From Acidimicrobiaceae bacterium (GTDB lineage Bacteria; Actinomycetota; Acidimicrobiia; Acidimicrobiales; Ilumatobacteraceae), in contig CANLAH010000001.1 of assembly GCA_947488685.1 (NCBI GenBank), positions 1 to 42,332 of the forward strand: a DNA stretch of 42,332 nt, in the 5' to 3' direction. This document shows positions 36,609 to 42,332 of this stretch, one piece after another. The notes under the pieces are model-generated. The model made no database searches. It had not been told where the DNA came from and was given only the letters and a program-made list of their open reading frames with translations. The translations under genes and the position numbers were made by a program. Position 1 is the stretch's first letter. Each line of letters opens with the position of its first letter.

Positions 36609-37382
36609 ATGAAACACGCGTTTATCAACGGACTATCCATCGCTTATCAGGATTCCGGAGGAACAGGTCCGGTCGTGCTACTTAGCCATGGTTTCTTGAT
36701 GGACCATTCGATGTTTGATCAGCAACTACCGGCACTGCAAGAAAAATTTCGCGTCATCACATGGGATGAGCGCGGCTTTGGAGAGACCGAGGCGCTCACC
36801 GACTTTACGTACTGGGACTCGGCTAAGGATGTAATTGGATTGCTGGATCATCTCGGCATTGATAAAGCTGTCATTGGCGGAATGTCACAAGGCGGATTTA
36901 TCAGTTTGCGAGTGGCGTTGCTTGCCCCCGAACGAGTTCGTGCGTTGATATTGATTGATACACAATCCGGCACTGAAGATCCCGCCCTAGTTGAGGGCTA
37001 TAACGGATTACATGATGCCTGGATGGAGCATGGACCAAATGCTGTTCAAGATATTGTCGCTGGACTTATTCTTGGACCAGGTGCATGGCCAGAGTGGATG
37101 AGCAAATGGGCCAAGTTAGATAGACCCCAGTTCAGCCGAGCGTTCCATTGTCTGATGCATCGAGATGACATCTCGAATCGGCTCGCAGAAATAACTGCTC
37201 CGACATTGATACTGCACGGAACTCTCGACGCGTCGATACCGCTCGAGAAAGCTGAATACTTACGAGATCATTTAGGGGGTGCAGTGCAACTTGTCGCTCT
37301 TGATGGTGCACCGCACGCGTCTAACCTCACGCATCCGACCGAAACAAATACAGCGATCAATCGTTTTTTGGGTGCTCTCTAA
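36609..37382 (+). CDS. alpha/beta-fold hydrolase
   Basis: 257 aa. HGFLMD oxyanion region, nucleophile elbow GMSQGG, C-terminal GAPHASN (His). Confidence 0.8.
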   Translation: MKHAFINGLSIAYQDSGGTGPVVLLSHGFLMDHSMFDQQLPALQEKFRVITWDERGFGETEALTDFTYWDSAKDVIGLLDHLGIDKAVIGGMSQGGFISLRVALLAPERVRALILIDTQSGTEDPALVEGYNGLHDAWMEHGPNAVQDIVAGLILGPGAWPEWMSKWAKLDRPQFSRAFHCLMHRDDISNRLAEITAPTLILHGTLDASIPLEKAEYLRDHLGGAVQLVALDGAPHASNLTHPTETNTAINRFLGAL

Positions 37383-37984
37383 AATGCTGAGTGCACCCAT
37401 CGAAAAGTGAGGTTTATTCGGGGTTCTGTCACTCGTTTTGACTTTGGGATCTGGTGAAGCCACGCATTCTGGGATTTTCCCGACATCACCAAGAGCGATC
37501 CGTGTGTCAGTTCTGTGCGGATGGTTTCTTTTGACTCACGGTGGCGAAGATCAAAGCGGCGACTTGCCCCGAGACTGATGGATGCAATCGTAGGCTCAGG
37601 CCCATTTGCTTTTTCATTGTCAGCATGCCACCCCATGCTGTCGTTGCCGTCACGATATAAATTGATGAGGACGGAATTGAACTTTGCCCCCGACGCAGAT
37701 TGACACAGTTCAAGCAATTCAGCCAGCAGTGGTGTCCATACAGCGGGTGTTCGCAATAATCCAGAATATGCATATGTCAGGTTTTGAGTGCTATGCCATG
37801 TCGTAAGTCGAGGTTCGTCAACAGTTTTACCAAACATCGTGATTGCGCGTTGCTCCCATGGATTATTTTGCAAGAGTTCGTCAAAGTAACAAGTAGCGGA
37901 GTTAGTGCCTAGAAAGTTTGTCATCAGCATTGCGCTTCCATCAAACGGGAGTAATTCAGTCCCGACTTGGGTTTTCCCTTGCAT
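37379..37984 (-). CDS. alkB: Fe(II)/2-oxoglutarate-dependent DNA/RNA alkylation-repair dioxygenase AlkB
   Basis: 201 aa. MGWHADNE (HxD), THGSLLVM (distal His), RINLTFR (2OG-binding Arg). Confidence 0.85.
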   Translation of the reverse strand: MQGKTQVGTELLPFDGSAMLMTNFLGTNSATCYFDELLQNNPWEQRAITMFGKTVDEPRLTTWHSTQNLTYAYSGLLRTPAVWTPLLAELLELCQSASGAKFNSVLINLYRDGNDSMGWHADNEKANGPEPTIASISLGASRRFDLRHRESKETIRTELTHGSLLVMSGKSQNAWLHQIPKSKRVTEPRINLTFRWVHSAF

Positions 37985-38075
37985 ACCCGCAGGTTATCCA
38001 GGACTCTGTTGCGGTTTCTAGTACATCCAGTGAGAAGGACAAAGATTATGATGAGGCCAGACATAAAGGGGGGCC

Positions 38076-39341
38076 ATGTCGATATCAATGACACCACAAG
38101 AAGCGGGATTTGTTTTTGTAAACCCTGCTGCCTATGCAGACGACAAAGGGTTCCACGACGCATGCACAGTGCTTCGCCGCGAGAGCCCAATCCATTGGGT
38201 GCAGGCTCCAGAAGGTCTTGAGAGTTTGTTCAATCCGTTCTATGCCGTGACAAGGCATGCCGATGTTTTAGAGATTGAGGCGCATAACACAATATTTCTC
38301 AATGAGCCACGTCCTGTATTGGGTGGCACCGCAGATGATGAACGCCGCAAGCGAGATGGCGATCTATTGCGAACTCTGATACATGTCGACGATCCAGAGC
38401 ATCGCAAACTGCGCGGCGTTACGTCTGAATGGTTTTTGCCAAAGAATCTAGTAAAACTCGAAAGTCGAATCGCAGAGTTAGCGAAGCGTTACGTCGACAA
38501 GATGGCAGACATGGGAGGGGAGTGTGATTTCGTTCGTGACATCGCCATGTTTTTGCCACTCACAGTTATCTTGGATATTTTGGGGTTGCCTGAGCAAGAT
38601 TACGAAAAGATGCTTGTTCTTACACAACAATTGTTCGGGGCCCAAGACGAGGACATGCAGCGCGGATCTGATCCTCTCAATGTCATGGAAGTAATTGCAG
38701 ATTTTTTTGCATATTTCACAAAACTCACAGAGGATCGTCGCGCTCATCCAACCGATGATTTAGCGTCCGTCGTGGCAAACGCGGTCATTGATGGCGAGCC
38801 ACTCACAATGATACAAACGATTTCGTATTACGTCATTACAGCAACTGCCGGACATGACACCACCTCGTCGGCTATCGCGGGTGGTTTGCTTGCATTGATT
38901 GAGAATCCCGATCAATTAGAACGCTTACGCAAAGATCCAACATTGATTGCATCCGCAGCGGATGAAATCATCCGCTGGACTACTCCTGTGAAACATTTTA
39001 TGCGTACGGCAAATGAGGACTATGAAGTTGGCGGAACTCTGATCAAAAAGGGTGAAAGTGTATTGCTGTCGTATCCTTCTGCCAATAGAGATGAAAAAGT
39101 GTTTGGGAATCCCTTTGAGTTCGATGTCGGACGTAGTCCCAACAAGCAACTTGCGTTTGGGTTCGGCGTGCATTTTTGCTTAGGCGCGATGTTGGCTCGC
39201 ATGGAGATCAAGGCAATTCTTGCCGAATTGATTCCGCGGTTAAAAAGTATTGAACTCGCAGGTGAACCAGCATTTATGAAAACTATCTTTGTTGGTGGTC
39301 TCAAACGCTTACCCATTCGGTATCAGGTGTCTGCGTCGTAA
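38076..39341 (+). CDS. cytochrome P450 monooxygenase
   Basis: 421 aa. I-helix AGHDTTS, EIIRW (ExxR), heme loop FGFGVHFCLG. No adjacent ferredoxin or reductase. Confidence 0.92.
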   Translation: MSISMTPQEAGFVFVNPAAYADDKGFHDACTVLRRESPIHWVQAPEGLESLFNPFYAVTRHADVLEIEAHNTIFLNEPRPVLGGTADDERRKRDGDLLRTLIHVDDPEHRKLRGVTSEWFLPKNLVKLESRIAELAKRYVDKMADMGGECDFVRDIAMFLPLTVILDILGLPEQDYEKMLVLTQQLFGAQDEDMQRGSDPLNVMEVIADFFAYFTKLTEDRRAHPTDDLASVVANAVIDGEPLTMIQTISYYVITATAGHDTTSSAIAGGLLALIENPDQLERLRKDPTLIASAADEIIRWTTPVKHFMRTANEDYEVGGTLIKKGESVLLSYPSANRDEKVFGNPFEFDVGRSPNKQLAFGFGVHFCLGAMLARMEIKAILAELIPRLKSIELAGEPAFMKTIFVGGLKRLPIRYQVSAS

Positions 39342-39408
39342 AAACGGGGTAATCTTGTAGGTATCAAGTAGTGCCCCCGCAGTGCCTGATACCCAAGGAG
39401 CAAATGTC

Positions 39409-40842
39409 ATGCTAAGCCGCTACGCCAAAGTGACTGCAATCTGTACATTTTTGATGTTTGTGCTTGTTACTAGTGCGCCACGTTCTCAGTTGATGGCAGC
39501 CACTGAGACTTCTTGGCAAAAACAGACTCTGTTGCCAAACACCACCATGACACTGCCCTCGTTGTTGCGCACAACTTTGATTGGCACAAAGACATGGAGA
39601 GTCGCGGGTGCCTGTGACAAGAACTCACTAAATCTGACGACACACAGTTCAGGATTCTGTCGAGTAACTGTCACGATCAAGGCAAGAGGTAAATCAGCAA
39701 AAACATTTTCGTCACGTTTTAAGATCGTGAGTGCGACAATCGTCGCCCCGAGCACAACAGCGCCCACTCAAACTATTCCAGCAACATCATTGAACTACGT
39801 CGTTGGGGTTCCTGCCAAAGATTCAGCGCTGTGGAACGTGGCGATTGGTAGTTATGTGCGGGGCAAAGATGTGTTCCCACTTGATAAAACTTTGCCCGCT
39901 GCAACCGCGGTAGCGTGCTCACAAGCAAAAAAAGTGTCAAGTGGAGTCGTTGTGCTTTCATTCGGCATTCAAACGGCCACTGGAACATCCGGTTGGGGAA
40001 TCCCGATCTCGTACGCAAACATTGCCAAGGTTGCAGCAGCATGGGCCAGTGGTTTGGCAACGTGTGGCACCGGACAGTGGGAAGTGTCAATCGGCACGAG
40101 TAACTCAGGTGGCGTGACTCGCTATAACGGATACCTCGGCGGTGTCGCAATGGCCGTCGCAGTGGGGCGTACTCGCGAGCTGGCCGACTCACGAGTCGTG
40201 ATCTCGGGGGCGATGGATCTTGAACCTGGATGGGGACCCCCTGGGCAAGCGCGTGCATGGGTAGACGGGTATGTAGCAACAACGTCCGCGCGACTCTGGA
40301 ACTTTGGGTCGGCAGACGGATGCCCTCAGACTGTTGGCAAATTGACATGCAATAACGGTTGGACAATTGACGACGTGCTGTGGGTGTCGTCACATGCTGG
40401 CGCCAATGTCATCGCGATGCCCCAGATTCACACACAGAGTGGATCCCAAGCGCGACAGTGGGCGGTGTTAGCGGCGCGCTCAATCGAGATGAAAAAAGCA
40501 CTTCGCATTGGCGCCTTGACAGTGCAAACCGCGGCCTGCACAACAGTGAAAGGTGGCTGTCCGACAACCGGTGTATCAGCATGGGATGCCTGGACGCAGT
40601 TGCGTCGGGCCTTGGACGCAATCGTGTCAACGGCTGGCACTCCAATCGGTGCACCAATGGACATTCGCTGGGGTTGGGGAGGCCCGTTCTACGTGCCGCC
40701 CGCGACGACCACAACGACGACCACAATTCCGTCTACGACGACAACTTCAACTACAACGACTACTTCAACTACAACGACTACTTCGACAACTTCAACAACT
40801 TCAACTACGACCTCAACTACAACTACAACGGTACCGGCGTAG
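39409..40842 (+). CDS. secreted protein of unknown function with a C-terminal Thr/Ser-repeat tail
   Basis: ORF 39382..40842 trimmed to ATG 39409 (AAGGAG 8 nt upstream). Sec-type signal MLSRYAKVTAICTFLMFVLVTSAPRSQLMA. The Cys-containing central domain has no recognised motif. The last roughly 45 aa are almost pure Thr/Ser. Confidence 0.7.
   Translation: MLSRYAKVTAICTFLMFVLVTSAPRSQLMAATETSWQKQTLLPNTTMTLPSLLRTTLIGTKTWRVAGACDKNSLNLTTHSSGFCRVTVTIKARGKSAKTFSSRFKIVSATIVAPSTTAPTQTIPATSLNYVVGVPAKDSALWNVAIGSYVRGKDVFPLDKTLPAATAVACSQAKKVSSGVVVLSFGIQTATGTSGWGIPISYANIAKVAAAWASGLATCGTGQWEVSIGTSNSGGVTRYNGYLGGVAMAVAVGRTRELADSRVVISGAMDLEPGWGPPGQARAWVDGYVATTSARLWNFGSADGCPQTVGKLTCNNGWTIDDVLWVSSHAGANVIAMPQIHTQSGSQARQWAVLAARSIEMKKALRIGALTVQTAACTTVKGGCPTTGVSAWDAWTQLRRALDAIVSTAGTPIGAPMDIRWGWGGPFYVPPATTTTTTTIPSTTTTSTTTTTSTTTTTSTTSTTSTTTSTTTTTVPA
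40705..40830 (+). repeat. Thr/Ser codon tract containing two perfect and one degenerate copy of an 18-nt unit (ACTTCAACTACAACGACT)
   Basis: Perfect copies at 40744-40761 and 40762-40779. Degenerate copy at 40780-40797. Read directly. Confidence 0.85.
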
Positions 40843-40852
40843 CGCTAACTCG

Positions 40853-41854
40853 TTAGGCGTTCCAGTTTGTAAAAGCGTCAATGGTGGCGTACACATCGCC
40901 AAGCGGATACAAAATCGGGCACGTCGCTCCATCAGCGATGTACTCACTCACTTTTTTTCGGGCGTCATCTGCAGTTCCCGAGGCAGTCAGCATATGTACG
41001 ATTTCATCTGGCACCAGTCGTGACGCCGCCACTACTTGATCATGCGTTGCGGGCCATGTCAACACTTCGCCCACCTTGTCAAGCAAAGACTGCGGGACGC
41101 CAGACGCTTTCATAATGTGTGGCTGTTGACCTAAATACTGCGTCACCATGAGACGCGCCATGTCAATGGCAGTATCCCGATCTTCATGGACAGAACAGAC
41201 CACGAGTTGGGGTCGATCAATGTCTTGCCAATTGCGTCCAGATTTTTGTGCACCGATAGCAAGATGTTCAATTGCTTTTCGGTTGTAATCGGGCGACACG
41301 AGATAGTTCAACACAACACCGTCGGCAATTTCGCCAGCGAGTTCCATCATCTGCATGCCTGTTGCCCCAAGATAGATCGGAACTTCTTTTGGCCGACGAT
41401 CTTGATACACGTAGTCCAACTCCACTCCGTCGAGATGAACGAATTCACCCTGAAAGGTGACAGTCTCATTAGCGAGCAATGCTCGAACAGATGTAATGAT
41501 CTCGCGCATTGCACGTAGTGGCTTGTCTCTGCTGACACCAACTTTTTGGGCGAGTGGATCCCACCATGCGCCAATCCCCAAAATCACACGCCCGGGCGCA
41601 AGGTCGTCAAGGGTGCTAAATGTTGCAGCCAATCGAGCAGGATTACGAGTCCAACAGTCAACAACACCTGAGCCGATTTTTATTGTGTCTGACACCGCTG
41701 CAAAAGCAGACATGGGCACAATCGCATCACGCACGAGCCGGCTGTCGGCTTGCCAAACAGCGTCGAAACCTTTTTTCTCCGCATATTGCACGTATTCCAT
41801 TCCTTCACGAATCGGATGTGCGTCTTGTAGATAAATAGCAACAGGCGTCGACAT
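40853..41854 (-). CDS. LLM-class (luciferase-like) probably F420-dependent oxidoreductase
   Basis: 333 aa. The N-terminus ...[21 protein letters not shown]... and [11 protein letters not shown] are typical of the luciferase-like monooxygenase family. Confidence 0.85.
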   Translation of the reverse strand: MSTPVAIYLQDAHPIREGMEYVQYAEKKGFDAVWQADSRLVRDAIVPMSAFAAVSDTIKIGSGVVDCWTRNPARLAATFSTLDDLAPGRVILGIGAWWDPLAQKVGVSRDKPLRAMREIITSVRALLANETVTFQGEFVHLDGVELDYVYQDRRPKEVPIYLGATGMQMMELAGEIADGVVLNYLVSPDYNRKAIEHLAIGAQKSGRNWQDIDRPQLVVCSVHEDRDTAIDMARLMVTQYLGQQPHIMKASGVPQSLLDKVGEVLTWPATHDQVVAASRLVPDEIVHMLTASGTADDARKKVSEYIADGATCPILYPLGDVYATIDAFTNWNA

Positions 41855-41879
41855 AGAGTTTCTTTCCTTTTTAAGTTCT

Positions 41880-42332
41880 TCAGTCGTCTGAATCAGAGCT
41901 TGTGGCAGTCATCGGCAATGAGTCGCGCCAGACACCGTCGGCATCATGCAATGCCGCAGCAACTGCCGGTGCAGTTGGAACGAGTCCTATCTCGCCAACG
42001 CCTTTGATGCCATAGGGACTATTGGGCTGCGGACATTCAACAAGGGTGACTTCGATTGGTGGTACATCTTTTGGTCGCAAAATGCCGAGTGATTTCAATG
42101 TCATATTGGTGGGGAAGCCGCGCTCATCCGATGGGAAATCTTCAGTGAGTGCGTATCCAAGACCCATATGCACTGATCCTTCAACTTGTCCTTCACAGAG
42201 TTGTGGATTGACCGCACGACCCACATCGTGCACTGCAATAACTGTCTCGATTTTTTGTGTTGCACGATCTATGACCACCATTTGTGCCGCGTATCCAAAT
42301 GTGGAGTGAATAAGTGGATTCTCGACCCCTGG
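41880..42332 (-). CDS. xanthine dehydrogenase / aldehyde oxidase family molybdopterin-binding subunit, C-terminal part (the N-terminus lies beyond the right edge)
   Basis: ORF 41880..42281 stays open in frame to base 42332 ([22 protein letters not shown]...). [19 protein letters not shown] and [18 protein letters not shown] are typical of the C-terminal Mo-binding domain. Confidence 0.85.
   Translation of the reverse strand, partial: PGVENPLIHSTFGYAAQMVVIDRATQKIETVIAVHDVGRAVNPQLCEGQVEGSVHMGLGYALTEDFPSDERGFPTNMTLKSLGILRPKDVPPIEVTLVECPQPNSPYGIKGVGEIGLVPTAPAVAAALHDADGVWRDSLPMTATSSDSDD

Noticed and set aside
39773-40393. 206-aa antisense ORF inside the secreted-protein gene. Similar long alternative-frame ORFs: 35523..36080 (-), 16381..16896 (-), 28520..29038 (+), 9124..9531 (+), 40380..40856 (+), 40553..41023 (+).
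   Set aside because: Each is fully nested in a gene with clear family motifs. Their products are Arg/Ser/Pro/Cys-rich low-complexity strings typical of off-frame translation. None has a convincing RBS.
36399-42332. Possible genomic island integrated at tRNA-Gly (hydrolase, AlkB, P450, secreted protein, LLM, XDH)
   Set aside because: I could see no integrase, recombinase or transposase, and no second copy of the tRNA 3' end (att-like repeat) downstream. The genes are ordinary actinobacterial metabolic functions.

Overview
This window is a dense, almost gap-free chromosomal segment of about 45 genes on both strands. It reads like a streamlined Actinomycetota genome. That is an inference from three things: the synteny tig-clpP-clpX and folC-ndk-mreBCD-mrdA-rodA-rne-rplU-rpmA-obg-proB, the F420-type LLM and PPOX-like enzymes, and frequent GTG starts. 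GC looks moderate by eye and was not computed.

The left half (1 to 21.2 kb) is housekeeping. It holds a partial DEAD-box helicase that the ORF track missed, tRNA-Pro, trigger factor, ClpP/ClpX, FolC, Ndk, the complete rod-shape operon, RNase E/G, L21/L27, Obg, ProB and MurJ. A dGTPase-like HD protein sits antisense between rpmA and obg.

The right half (21.3 to 42.3 kb) is accessory and metabolic. It holds:
- a MoxR / CoxE-like VWA / histidine phosphatase / GMC oxidoreductase module, then SURF1
- a kinase / GH38 alpha-mannosidase / DCC operon
- a SET-domain methyltransferase, a probable acyl-CoA-ligase gene remnant and a PEP-mutase/isocitrate-lyase family enzyme
- a SAM-I-clan riboswitch in front of metX
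- small hypothetical genes, an EamA transporter and tRNA-Gly
- an alpha/beta hydrolase, AlkB, a P450, a secreted Thr/Ser-repeat protein, an LLM oxidoreductase and a partial XDH-family molybdopterin subunit

I saw no transposase, integrase, CRISPR array, rRNA or recognisable defence or toxin system.

The candidates most worth follow-up are the MoxR-VWA-phosphatase-GMC module, the kinase-GH38-DCC operon, the long SET-domain protein, the minimal SAM riboswitch, and the tRNA-Pro/leaderless-CDS junction. None of these is a demonstrably new system; they are hypotheses. All functional calls rest on motif recognition in the supplied translations and my own reading of the DNA. No database search was run.
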